A stretch of 64,000 nucleotides of DNA, taken from positions 1-64,000 of the forward strand of contig JALGVJ010000004.1 in NCBI GenBank assembly GCA_029838195.1, read 5' to 3'. This document shows positions 51,217 to 61,465 of the stretch, piece after piece. The notes below the pieces were generated by a model. The model was given only the letters and a program-made list of their open reading frames with translations. It was not told the origin of the DNA and did not search any database. How positions within the stretch are numbered: position 1 is the first letter of the stretch; every line of letters starts with the position of its first letter. The position numbers and the translations under genes are program-made. This stretch comes from Promethearchaeota archaeon (GTDB lineage Archaea > Asgardarchaeota > Lokiarchaeia > Sigyniarchaeales > SOKP01).

Positions 51217-52752
51217 ATGGGAACAAAGGAAAACCCAAAAATTTACATTTGTTCGGAATGCGGCTATGAATTTCCCCTCGAATTGTCAAAATTAATAGAA
51301 AAAAACATCCAAGTCTATTGTGAGCAATGTGGAGCCCCTTTTGATTTAGAAGGAAAGACTTTTAGAGAATTGCCACGGGGATACTGGGAAGAAGAAAAGC
51401 GGGAAAGAATAAAAAGAAAGAGGGGGGAAAGTTTAGATAAAACAATTCAAGTCTTAAATAATATTTCTTTTATCCCCATCGTTATTTTTTCAATTATTGC
51501 TGTACTTTCTTCAATACAATTAATTCTAGCCCAACCCGAACAGTGGCTCTTGCTATTTTTATCTCGCATGATGGTGGGAGCCACAGGTTTGTTAATTTTT
51601 TATTATGATGCTCAATTTATTCATCCTAGGGTTAAAGATAAGATTTATACGGGAATCATTACCGATGCTTTCATTTTAGGGATATTGGGATGCGTGATCT
51701 ATGGAACGGGGGTAATCCTACTTATTAAGGGCGTATTCATTCTCATTAAAGTCGTCTCCGATGAGGAAGTAAGGAAAAAAGGGGTATTTGATTTTGGATT
51801 ACGATTAAAAAATTCACTTAATAACATTTCTGCTAAAGGCGGATTCTTGATAATTTTATTAGGATGGCACGATTTTTTATCAAATGCCTCTCGAATACCC
51901 GCGAAACCGTTGCTGCCCTTGTTTTGGGCATATTTATCCCTCACTATCATTTCCTCAGTGATTTTAATCCTTGATTGGAGCTTGTTAAGCAAAATAAGAA
52001 AGAAGAGCCAATTTAATTTCATGGATGCATTTGGACTAATGGTCCTGGGAATTTTAGCATGTTCATTTTACGGAGCAGGCGTCTTGATTTTATTGAAAAC
52101 AGCTGTTATTTTTGGATTGAGTTTTGGTACGCCGCCGCCACTTCCAAAAGAATCTAAAATTCCAGCAGTTTCGCCACCTCCTAAAGAAGCAATGGTGCCA
52201 GAAATAGAATATAGGAGGAGAGAAATCGAAGAGCCCGTGATAAAAGAACACCCCGTAGAACCCATCACTAAAAAAGAATCGTTTCCCCCTAAAGATGTAA
52301 GTCCTACCCTTCCCTCTCAAAAGGAGCCGATATTAGAAGCAAGAATCGAACAGAAAGAAATCCAGCGAGAATTAGATTATCAATTGAAGCTACATGAGTC
52401 TCTTTTACCCATTAAAAATGAAAAGGATAAAAATTTAATAAAAAAGTATTTCACGAAAATATTTACGGTTGTTTCAAAAGATATAAGAAAAAGAATGAAT
52501 GAATTAGATATTTCGAAAAAAGAGAAAAAAGAGCTCCTCCGAGAACTTGCATTTTTAACTCGTGAACAACAGATAAAATATTTGGAGGAGCTTTCTAATT
52601 TATACAGGGAAATTCCCGGCAAGTTAATCAACCGAATAAGAAAGCTTCCTAATTTGAAACCAGAATATCATGAACAAATAATAGAACAATTAAAATACAT
52701 GGATGAGGAAGAGCAAATAAATTTCATAAATTATCTAGAAAAAAAAGCGTAA
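51217..52752 (+). CDS. Zn-ribbon membrane protein with Pro-rich linker and helical C-terminal repeats
   Basis: CSECG...CEQCG; duplicated TM block; PPPLP/SPPP linker. Confidence 0.75.
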   Translation: MGTKENPKIYICSECGYEFPLELSKLIEKNIQVYCEQCGAPFDLEGKTFRELPRGYWEEEKRERIKRKRGESLDKTIQVLNNISFIPIVIFSIIAVLSSIQLILAQPEQWLLLFLSRMMVGATGLLIFYYDAQFIHPRVKDKIYTGIITDAFILGILGCVIYGTGVILLIKGVFILIKVVSDEEVRKKGVFDFGLRLKNSLNNISAKGGFLIILLGWHDFLSNASRIPAKPLLPLFWAYLSLTIISSVILILDWSLLSKIRKKSQFNFMDAFGLMVLGILACSFYGAGVLILLKTAVIFGLSFGTPPPLPKESKIPAVSPPPKEAMVPEIEYRRREIEEPVIKEHPVEPITKKESFPPKDVSPTLPSQKEPILEARIEQKEIQRELDYQLKLHESLLPIKNEKDKNLIKKYFTKIFTVVSKDIRKRMNELDISKKEKKELLRELAFLTREQQIKYLEELSNLYREIPGKLINRIRKLPNLKPEYHEQIIEQLKYMDEEEQINFINYLEKKA

Positions 52753-52783
52753 TAAATCAAACGTAAGAAAAGTTCAAGAAAAC

Positions 52784-53710
52784 ATGTCGCTTGAGAAAAA
52801 ACGAAATTCAAAAGCGGAAAAACAAAAACAGAAATTAGAAGACTCCACGTATCGTCAAGAAGATTTCAAGCCATTAGCGGAACGAATCCAAGTTACGCTA
52901 GAAGAGCCAAAAAAAGAAGAAATCATTGAAATAAAAGAAATTCCGAAAGAATTAGTAGACACGTTATCCGAAATTGAAAAAGATGTGTTAGAAATTGCGA
53001 AAGATATTTTAAAACTCAAGCGATATGATGCTGAATTTGATGAAATTAAGTCAAAAACTCAAATCCAGCGGTTTCCCATTATTGAAAAATTATATGCGAC
53101 ATGCATTTCAAAATTAGCTTATAATAAGGGATATGGAAAGGAAGAGATTTTCCTTGCCATTCGCAGCTTGGAAGAAAAACATTGGATCGTTACGAATGAA
53201 CGGAGAACCAAGTTAGAAGTATTAAACAATGAAAAATTAATGAACATTTTAAATTTCATAAAAAAACACCCGGGGATTCACGCTCGAGATGAGCGAATCG
53301 AGAAAGAATTGAATATTACTCGGACACCTTTCTTGAAACATGTCATGACCTTAGAGAATTTCAAATTAATCCGTTCAAAAAAAATCGGCAAAACCTTACA
53401 TTATTTCTTGGAGGAGATTCCCGATGATTTGGATAAATATCGGGTCATTTTCATAAATCCCCTTATACCAAAAATCATTAAAGAATTATTTAAAGACGAG
53501 ACAATATCCATTTCCACGCTTGCTTCAAATTTGGATGTCTATGCCGGCACCGTCCAATATCATTTAAAAAAGCTCAAGGAACTTAACATCGTGCGATCGC
53601 ATAAAAAGGAGGATGGAACCAAGTATTATTTAGTGAATATTGAGCTTTTAAAAAAATATAATGAAATTTTTGAAGAGCCAAATTTTTCCTCGTTGTTAAA
53701 AGGGCTTTAA
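52784..53710 (+). CDS. Multi-winged-helix transcriptional regulator
   Basis: FIKKHPGIH..KHVMTLENFKLIRSKKIGK..YF and ISTLASNLDVYAGTVQYHLKKLKELNIV wHTH units. Confidence 0.8.
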   Translation: MSLEKKRNSKAEKQKQKLEDSTYRQEDFKPLAERIQVTLEEPKKEEIIEIKEIPKELVDTLSEIEKDVLEIAKDILKLKRYDAEFDEIKSKTQIQRFPIIEKLYATCISKLAYNKGYGKEEIFLAIRSLEEKHWIVTNERRTKLEVLNNEKLMNILNFIKKHPGIHARDERIEKELNITRTPFLKHVMTLENFKLIRSKKIGKTLHYFLEEIPDDLDKYRVIFINPLIPKIIKELFKDETISISTLASNLDVYAGTVQYHLKKLKELNIVRSHKKEDGTKYYLVNIELLKKYNEIFEEPNFSSLLKGL

Positions 53711-53786
53711 TTCCCATGAGCGAACAATTTAATTTCATTCGCGTGTAATAAAAGCCAGAAAGAAAGAATAAAAAATTTAACTCTTT

Positions 53787-54665
53787 TCATTGTAAGAGTT
53801 TCTGGATTCTTGGTAACGCATCCAGGAGAATTTCCATGGTTCTTTTAAGACCGTTTTCTAGTTCAGGATGAATAGTATTCGTTTTAAATAAATCATGTTG
53901 AGGATGCCCCGGTAAATCTGATACGGCTAAAATGGACGCTACATTTAGATTAAATAATTTTCCCAGTAAGAATAGAATAGAAGATTCCATATCAATCGCT
54001 TGAATCTTGATCGATTTTAGCGCAGATAGTACCTCTGTTGTTTCGCAAAATAAAGCATCAATTGTATATAGATTTGCTTCTTTCACGTATCGCTCATGCT
54101 TGGATTTCCCCGCTTGTAGGAGGAGGTTTTTTAATTGATCATCAGGTTCAAATATCGGTAAAGTATTTATCCCCGAATAAAAAGTAAAAATTTCATTTAA
54201 TGGGTTTGAAATGAAAGAAAAGGTATCCTGTTTTTGTTTATATACGTTCAAATAATAGAGACAAGTACCATCTCCACCGCAGGCGGATTTAGGAATTATT
54301 GTATCTCCCACGCTAATTTCCTCATTGTGGACATTTAATCCTCCGCAATAATCTATTCGAATAACTATTTTTGCATTGGTGCGTTTCAAACATTCCATCG
54401 TGATGGCCATGTTTGGACATCCTACAAAAGAACGGATGACACTCACGGGAACCCCATTTAACGTCCCGTTAAAAATTCTTCCATGAGATGTTTTATTTTT
54501 TAACTTAAGGAGAAATTGTTTCATTACAGATTTTATGGCAGGTAAAATAACAATATCCCTTACATGCGAAGGGGCGGCTTCAAGAAAAATTCTTACTATT
54601 TTTTCATCCACGCTCATGAATTTTAATCCAAAATTTAATAATTCTGCTTTTATTCGGTTTAACAT
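53787..54665 (-). CDS. Nucleoside phosphorylase family (PNP/UDP)
   Basis: VGCPN, IRIDYCGGL, GDGT, TIDALFCET, AIDMESS, AVSD. Confidence 0.85.
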   Translation of the reverse strand: MLNRIKAELLNFGLKFMSVDEKIVRIFLEAAPSHVRDIVILPAIKSVMKQFLLKLKNKTSHGRIFNGTLNGVPVSVIRSFVGCPNMAITMECLKRTNAKIVIRIDYCGGLNVHNEEISVGDTIIPKSACGGDGTCLYYLNVYKQKQDTFSFISNPLNEIFTFYSGINTLPIFEPDDQLKNLLLQAGKSKHERYVKEANLYTIDALFCETTEVLSALKSIKIQAIDMESSILFLLGKLFNLNVASILAVSDLPGHPQHDLFKTNTIHPELENGLKRTMEILLDALPRIQKLLQ

Positions 54666-54817
54666 GGTATTTAATTGCGATTATAAAATATAAGTGTATA
54701 AATAAATATTAGCGAACTTATATTTATTAATAGCAGATTTATTATATTTTGTTGTAATCTAATATTATATACTCTTGCGAGATAGTAGTTAATAAAAGAA
54801 ACTAAAGAGCGGTATTC

Positions 54818-56104
54818 ATGAGTAATCGTTATATCATTGATAACAAAATTACGAATGAGTTTGTTGAGGCATATACAAAAACCAATTATCGAATTGTAGG
54901 ACCCAATAAACACAGTGCCATTAAGCCATGCCACTGGTTAGAACAAAAGTTATTAACGGGTAGAGCAAATAGAAATTGTTATAAAGGCATATTTGGAATA
55001 GAAAGTCATAAATGCTTGCAAAACACCCCCGCCTTACCGTTTTGCAATCATCAATGCGTATTTTGCTGGAGAGATGTCGAAAAGGGGAATTTAGGCAGCA
55101 TGTTCTTAGTTGAGTCTGATGAGCCTAAGGCTCTCATTGATGAAATGTTATCTCATCATCGAGATATCATCAAAAATCATCTTCCTTTACGGCGATATTT
55201 AGAAAATTATGAAATCATGATTGATCTCCTTTATTACATGCTCCACCATGAGGGATGCCATGATCCTAATTCGCTCTCCAGAAACATACATGTTTCAAAA
55301 AATAAAGTAGAACGTGCCCTTAATTTATTGAAAAACCAAAAATTCATTCACCCCATTGAAAATTCCAGCAATCGATTTGAAATAGATAAAGAAATCAGGG
55401 GTTGTATTACTTCCCGAGAAGAAATAGAATTATTAATTAATAGGGAATTAACTACACCGGACGAGATAATGGCCGTTCATGCTGAGGCATTAACTCCAAA
55501 TCATGCGGCAATTTCCTTGGATGGGGAACCCTTGCTTTATCCCATGATCTCGGAATATGTGGATGAATTTAAGGAAAGAAATTTCACGACCTTTATTGTG
55601 ACAAATGGCACTCTTCCCGAAATTTTAGAACAGTTAAATCCCTTACCTACTCAATTATACATCACTTTACCAGCCCCTAATGAGAAAATTTACAAAAAAA
55701 TTTGCCGCCCTATGATTAAGGATGGTTGGAAAAAAATAAAAGAATCTTTAAGTTTGATTCCAAGCCTTTCTTGTAGAACGGTCATCAGATTAACTGCCGT
55801 AAAAAATTTAAACATTGATTCTGCATATTTAAAAAATTATGTATCTATCGTTAAGGAAGCAAATCCCAACTTTTTTGAGATTAAAGGATTTACGCTACAA
55901 GCTAAGGCATTAAAGATTTCTGAACGATTAAAGAAAGCAGAATCCGTCCAATATTATTTTCCCGAATATTCCTTCCTAGAAGAGTTTTCTGAAAAATTCC
56001 AAGAATTAAGCGGTTTTCCTTTAATTTACAAGAATGAATCGAGTCGGGATTTTCTATTCACAGTAAATTGGGATGAGGATAAAAGTCCAAAAATTAAAAA
56101 ATGA
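54818..56104 (+). CDS. taw1: 4-demethylwyosine synthase Taw1/TYW1 with an inserted domain
   Basis: HSAIKPCHW, CYKGIFGIESHKCLQNTP, CNHQCVFCWR, HAAISLDGEP, VTNGT, PTQLY. Confidence 0.93.
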   Translation: MSNRYIIDNKITNEFVEAYTKTNYRIVGPNKHSAIKPCHWLEQKLLTGRANRNCYKGIFGIESHKCLQNTPALPFCNHQCVFCWRDVEKGNLGSMFLVESDEPKALIDEMLSHHRDIIKNHLPLRRYLENYEIMIDLLYYMLHHEGCHDPNSLSRNIHVSKNKVERALNLLKNQKFIHPIENSSNRFEIDKEIRGCITSREEIELLINRELTTPDEIMAVHAEALTPNHAAISLDGEPLLYPMISEYVDEFKERNFTTFIVTNGTLPEILEQLNPLPTQLYITLPAPNEKIYKKICRPMIKDGWKKIKESLSLIPSLSCRTVIRLTAVKNLNIDSAYLKNYVSIVKEANPNFFEIKGFTLQAKALKISERLKKAESVQYYFPEYSFLEEFSEKFQELSGFPLIYKNESSRDFLFTVNWDEDKSPKIKK

Positions 56105-56346
56105 ATTTAAATTTAGAAATTTTCTCAAACAAGAGCGTTTTGATACTCATTTTATTTTTCAATTAATTTCCTAATAATGTTTAGATATTTATTATTTGGC
56201 CAATTTAATTCAATATAATCTGTAGATTTTTAAGCCATGGTGGTGGTTTTGAAAATAGAAGAAATATGTGGCTGGTTTAATAAATAATTTCAATCTTTTA
56301 GAAATTAGGAATCTTAAAATAGGATAAAAAATTACATTGCACGATC

Positions 56347-56955
56347 ATGTTCATTATTTGCTTAGATCTTGAAGGCGTGTTTACTCCCGAAATTTGGATT
56401 GAAGTTTCCTTGAAAACTAAAATAGAAGAATTGAAGATCACCACTCGAGACGAACCCGATTATGATAAACTCATGAAAAAGAGATTAAAAATACTGAAGG
56501 AACACGGAATTTCACTAAAAAAGATTCAAGAGATCATTTCTGAAATGGAGTTATTACCGGGAGCAAAGGAATTTCTGGATTGGTTGAGATCGAAAACTCA
56601 AATAATTATTGTGAGCGATAGTTTCATAGAATTTGCCATGCCTTTTATGAAAAAATTAGGATATCCTACCTTGTTTTGCCATGATCTAGAAACGGATGGT
56701 AATGGCATGATCTCGAATTATCGCTTACGCCTTGATGACATGAAAAGAAAAACGGTGCTTGCATTAAAAAAGTTAAATTATGAGGTTATTGCCATTGGAG
56801 ATTCTTATAATGATATGGGAATGATAAAAGAAGCAGATCATGGTATTTTATTTAAACCGCCTGAAAATGTTGTAAAAGAATTTCCTCAATTTCCGGTTAC
56901 TCATGAATATTCGGAATTAATAGAGATCCTCTCAAACCATTTAAATTTAAAATAG
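56347..56955 (+). CDS. thrH: Phosphoserine phosphatase / homoserine phosphotransferase ThrH
   Basis: CLDLEGVFTPEIW, TTRDEPDYDKLM, PTLFCH, GDSYND. Confidence 0.93.
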   Translation: MFIICLDLEGVFTPEIWIEVSLKTKIEELKITTRDEPDYDKLMKKRLKILKEHGISLKKIQEIISEMELLPGAKEFLDWLRSKTQIIIVSDSFIEFAMPFMKKLGYPTLFCHDLETDGNGMISNYRLRLDDMKRKTVLALKKLNYEVIAIGDSYNDMGMIKEADHGILFKPPENVVKEFPQFPVTHEYSELIEILSNHLNLK

Positions 56956-57023
56956 AAAGGCAGAGTAAGCTTAAAAAAATCCTTTTATTAAACTACTTTT
57001 TTTATCAAAATTGAGAAACGAGT

Positions 57024-57911
57024 TCAAATCTTTAATTTTTCTAATTTTACTTGTCTTGAACTAAGCAGAAGCGTACTAATTATGATTGCCAACAATCCTA
57101 AAACTAAATATATCACGGATAAAATAGTTGGCGGAGATAATTTAAAAACTAAAAAATAGGTGATTGCGGGAACTACTTGTCCAGGCACTCCTATTAATGG
57201 AGAAAGAAGATTCGCCTGACCCTGTTGATAAGCTTTCTGAGCAAAAATTATTCCAAAGGCAGTAGATAAAATTATAACACAAAGAGCAGGTAAAAACAAT
57301 AATAATTCTCCGAATAATATAGCATTTGAAAATAAATGGGTGAGAAAAGTAATTAAAGGGGCAATCCAGACGGAATTTAAAGAATAGCTTAATCCTGATT
57401 CCATTGCAAAAACAACGCCTTTACCCTTTAAGACATGTCTTGAAACTAGTTGAATCGATAATAAACTAAACACTATTATTATAGTAAAAATCATTAACCT
57501 TATCAAAAAACCTTGATCCAAGATATCATATGATGCCATATCAATAGAGAGTCCACTCAGACTAAAGATTATAATCCCTATCCCCATGAGAAAAATACCA
57601 AGTAATTCCATCCATCGCAATCTTTCCTTGAGAATTCTTGTGGAGCCTATTACTAAAACGATTAATCCCGCACTCATTAAACCCGGAACAAGTGTGGGTC
57701 CGATAAGTACTTGAGCTATCATGTATAATATTGCTCCACCAATCACGAGTTGTAATAGGAGCCCGAATACCCAAGTGGGATTTTTTATCAAGCTTTTTAA
57801 GAATTCTGGATCTTCCACATGATCATTTATAACTTTTTTTTGAAAAAGTACACCTAAGTTATTAACGGCCCCGCTGGTGATGGCTAAAATTATACCAAGC
57901 GTATAGCTCAT
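57024..57911 (-). CDS. DMT-superfamily transporter, NIPA Mg2+ transporter-like
   Basis: NNLGVLFQKK, KNPTWVFG, ILKERL; ~9 TMs. Confidence 0.7.
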   Translation of the reverse strand: MSYTLGIILAITSGAVNNLGVLFQKKVINDHVEDPEFLKSLIKNPTWVFGLLLQLVIGGAILYMIAQVLIGPTLVPGLMSAGLIVLVIGSTRILKERLRWMELLGIFLMGIGIIIFSLSGLSIDMASYDILDQGFLIRLMIFTIIIVFSLLSIQLVSRHVLKGKGVVFAMESGLSYSLNSVWIAPLITFLTHLFSNAILFGELLLFLPALCVIILSTAFGIIFAQKAYQQGQANLLSPLIGVPGQVVPAITYFLVFKLSPPTILSVIYLVLGLLAIIISTLLLSSRQVKLEKLKI

Positions 57912-58025
57912 TTTAATAATCCTCTTGAGGACGTTTATTAATTGAATAAAAAAGTTTTTTGATTGGTCCCCGTATATTTTTTAAAATTTATAAACATGAT
58001 GATACTTCAATTATTTTTCTTTCTT

Positions 58026-58259
58026 TTAATAAATAAAGATTCGCATGATGAGATAAAAAAGATATAAGGCTCCAAGTGCTGCGAATAAGAGTTTAAGCCA
58101 TGGAAACGTCCATTTCTTTTTTTCTTGAGTATTTCTTGGATTTTTAAATATTTCTGGGGATATAATTGCCTCACAAGCTTGGCATTTATAAAGAGAGTTT
58201 TCAGCAATATATTGAATTTTCGCTCCGCAAATTAAACAATATTTCGATTTTTTTTTCAT
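58026..58259 (-). CDS. Small Zn-ribbon, tail-anchored membrane protein
   Basis: CLICG...CQAC and a single C-terminal TM. Confidence 0.65.
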   Translation of the reverse strand: MKKKSKYCLICGAKIQYIAENSLYKCQACEAIISPEIFKNPRNTQEKKKWTFPWLKLLFAALGALYLFYLIMRIFIY

Positions 58260-58566
58260 TTTTTTACCATTGAACGTGTTTATTCCTATAATTTTTAAAG
58301 ATAAAAGTAATTATCTTTTTTGATTTTCAATAAGTTGTTGAAACCTGCTTTTTTAATTCTTCCTTATTAAATCATTCATTCACGCATTTAACCATGATGT
58401 TCAATGCTTATAAGAAAATATGAAATCAATTAAATTAAACGCTTGAAAGTGGATTACATGTTTAATCTTCAAGGAAGTCCTTTCAAGCACGTGAAATTTT
58501 ATATGAGAGATCATTAAAGGAAGGAAAAGAAAAATAATAAATTATTATTAAGGCTAATATATTATC

Positions 58567-60600
58567 GTGAAAGGAATAAAAAGGAAAAAAAATCATGAAC
58601 TTTTCCGTTCTATCGCACTATCTTCTATTATTCTTAGCATTTTAAATTTAATCATCGTGGGAAGCATGGGAGGTGTTCCGAGCTTGCTTCCGAGATGCAC
58701 TACCCTTTTCTATCATTTCAATATTGATTATCGTTTGGGACTTGAAGAAGTGGAAGATAGAATCATTCGAGAACCTTATCATGAGTTATTAAAACTCTAT
58801 GACAGGCATCCGAATTGGAAATTTACCATTGAATGTCAAGCGGAAATGATGTTTAAAATTTACACCAATCGAGATTATGAAGAGATTAAAGATCTCACGA
58901 ATAAATTATTGGAAAGGAATCAAATGGAATTAATGTGTGCTTTACAATTTAGCCAATTATTTTATGCATATCCTAATGATGTGTTTGAATTGAATTTAAA
59001 ATTAGCCAATGAAACGTTAGAGAGCTTGGGATTGCTTAACAAGAGGAGTAATTGCATCCTATTTCAAGAAGGACAATATGCGCCGGGATTGGTAACGGCT
59101 TTGAATTCTCCTCATGCTTTCAATATCGATACAGTCTTAGTTTCTGTACAACAAATAAGGGGGTTTAGAAACCCAAATCGGCTTCATGAGGATTATCCCG
59201 TATATGTTGTTCAAGATGAAAACTTGGGGAAATCAATAAACTTATTGCAATATGACTATTTTCCGAGAAAGGAAGCCGGGTATTTTCACACGTGGAATTA
59301 TCTATATGATGCTGAATTAGCATTTGAAGATGAACAAGCAGAAGAAGAGTTTACGGTCTCTCAAGATAAAGTGAAAGCTTTTGAAGAAGAAATGCTTCTT
59401 TTAGAGCAGCAAGGAAATGAATTTTTCACGTGTTCCGAATGGTTAGCTCACTGCGAGGATGTTGGAGCCGTTGGCTTGCTTGATTATTACATTCCTGAAT
59501 CTAATTGGAACACTGCAGATTATAATTCGAGTTATACGTGGTGTTCAAATAATAGGGGTTCCAGCGATGATGGAGAGGTGTTGGCTAATAATTATCGCTG
59601 TCGGCAGATAATTCGAGCCACCCACACGATTCATGAAAAATATAAAAATGTCATATCTATAAAAACTCAAAGAAGAATTGAAGCTTTATTTCTTGAAGCA
59701 GAAAGAGCATGGTTGCAAGCCACGTGTACGGATTCAACAGGATTAACGCCTCGATATTATGAGAGGCAAAAAGCTGAAGATAACATTTTATTTGCTCAAA
59801 AAAAATGCGCTCAAATCCTACGGATTTTAGGAAATAACGTGAACTTAATAAATAGGAGTCGCATTCAAGTAGACTTAAAAACAGGAGACATATATCGTGA
59901 GGAGAGAAACTTTATCTCCTTGTTCCAATTTGAGAAAGGAAACATTCCTTTATCAACGCTTCCTTTAAATATACAAGTCCTTGTTATAAATGAAAGCGCT
60001 TCAGATAATAATATTTTACAACCCTCAATTACCTTTCTGAAATATCAATCTCTGGATGCATTAACTTTAATTGAAACTTTTCATGTGTATAGAGTTGACG
60101 TGTTCATTCGTGGTTCTCATGATTGGGCGGATGATTCTATTAAAAAAATATCAATAAAAATTCAATTTAAGGAGGAAACAAAAAACTTCAATTCTATAAT
60201 GTATTCACCTTCTCTCAAGGAACATGAGGTCAAATCCCTTAATAGAGGAGATTATGACGCAAAACCCCTTTATATCTTTTTACCTTTAAGCAATGGACTC
60301 GTTTTTATTCCTTTCTCGGAGAATTCCAATGAAGGCATTGCATTAATTAAAGATATTTCAAAAAGACACGTTTCATGGCTATGGGAGAAGGATTATATAG
60401 AAATATTAGAAACGAATGGGCTTCATATGGATGCTCATCATCGATTTTACATTTTAGAAAACGTTACCATTCAGCGCGCCTTAAAATTTGCAAATAGAAT
60501 TAATTTGTATCCTCCTTGGATTGTTAGTAAAGATGTTTCTTTAATGCAAGGAAATGAAATATATCAAGCATATGAAAGCATGAAAAACAAAGAATATTAA
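58567..60600 (+). CDS. Secreted/anchored GH57-like (beta/alpha)7 glycoside hydrolase
   Basis: N-terminal TM/signal; YHFN, PYHELL..HPNWKFTIE, ELM, FQEG, WLQATCTDSTG resemble GH57 conserved regions. Confidence 0.55.
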   Translation: MKGIKRKKNHELFRSIALSSIILSILNLIIVGSMGGVPSLLPRCTTLFYHFNIDYRLGLEEVEDRIIREPYHELLKLYDRHPNWKFTIECQAEMMFKIYTNRDYEEIKDLTNKLLERNQMELMCALQFSQLFYAYPNDVFELNLKLANETLESLGLLNKRSNCILFQEGQYAPGLVTALNSPHAFNIDTVLVSVQQIRGFRNPNRLHEDYPVYVVQDENLGKSINLLQYDYFPRKEAGYFHTWNYLYDAELAFEDEQAEEEFTVSQDKVKAFEEEMLLLEQQGNEFFTCSEWLAHCEDVGAVGLLDYYIPESNWNTADYNSSYTWCSNNRGSSDDGEVLANNYRCRQIIRATHTIHEKYKNVISIKTQRRIEALFLEAERAWLQATCTDSTGLTPRYYERQKAEDNILFAQKKCAQILRILGNNVNLINRSRIQVDLKTGDIYREERNFISLFQFEKGNIPLSTLPLNIQVLVINESASDNNILQPSITFLKYQSLDALTLIETFHVYRVDVFIRGSHDWADDSIKKISIKIQFKEETKNFNSIMYSPSLKEHEVKSLNRGDYDAKPLYIFLPLSNGLVFIPFSENSNEGIALIKDISKRHVSWLWEKDYIEILETNGLHMDAHHRFYILENVTIQRALKFANRINLYPPWIVSKDVSLMQGNEIYQAYESMKNKEY

Positions 60601-60632
60601 AAAATAATTTAAAGGAGCATGAAATCAATCAC

Positions 60633-61442
60633 ATGAAATTTAAAAACCTCCGTGAGAAATTATTAGACAATAAAACTGAGAGGGATTATCTCAATTTTCT
60701 TGCTGCTGGTTTGTATCAAGTTCATGTAGGCATAATTTTAAATCAATTAATTAAAATTCTTAATAGTTTATCAATCATCATTTTTTATCCATTCATTACG
60801 GCTCAACTTTTAAATTTTCTCCTCTATTTCAGTTTTTTTCTCATGATTGTTGGATGTTTGGTTTTACTACTTCCTTTTTTAAAGAACTTCATTAAATCTC
60901 AAGGAAGGTCATTAACCATTTTGAAGGGAGTGACTAAAATACTCGCAATTATAACTTTTATCTCATTCCCTATTGGAACCTTTTTAGCAGTGTATTTATG
61001 GAACGATATAAAAAGACCCCGAAGAGAAAAAAACCAAGATAATAATTATCTATTGGATGAGGAAGGAAAACTATTATTTATTTTTCAACTAACTTGTGGG
61101 ATTCTCCTCTCTTCTTTTGGCATAATTCTCATGGTTGCCATCAACTTAGTTATTTTAGAGGAAATTGCTTTCTTGTATCCTTACATAACCTATGACATCA
61201 TAGCATTTTTAATCATTATTACGTGGTCAAGTCTAATTCTCGGGATTCTACTTCTTTTTTTTGCTACGTGGATGAAAAAAAATCGAATCATTAACCGTGA
61301 AGAACTTAAAAAACGAGGGGCAAAATGGGTTTGTAAATTATATTTATTAACACTTATCTTTCTCTTGTTTCTCTATCCCGTGGGTACTTTTTTTGGATTG
61401 ACAATTCTGATTTATAATTCCCCGAAAGATAAGACAAAGTAG
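60633..61442 (+). CDS. Membrane protein with two-fold internal repeat
   Basis: YPFIT..FPIGTF and YPYIT..YPVGTF halves. Confidence 0.7.
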   Translation: MKFKNLREKLLDNKTERDYLNFLAAGLYQVHVGIILNQLIKILNSLSIIIFYPFITAQLLNFLLYFSFFLMIVGCLVLLLPFLKNFIKSQGRSLTILKGVTKILAIITFISFPIGTFLAVYLWNDIKRPRREKNQDNNYLLDEEGKLLFIFQLTCGILLSSFGIILMVAINLVILEEIAFLYPYITYDIIAFLIIITWSSLILGILLLFFATWMKKNRIINREELKKRGAKWVCKLYLLTLIFLLFLYPVGTFFGLTILIYNSPKDKTK

Positions 61443-61465
61443 AGGGAAGATTTTAGGATTTATCT

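Noticed and set aside
55186-55455. Intein in Taw1
   Set aside because: No N-terminal Cys/Ser block or C-terminal His-Asn; the insert looks like a wHTH
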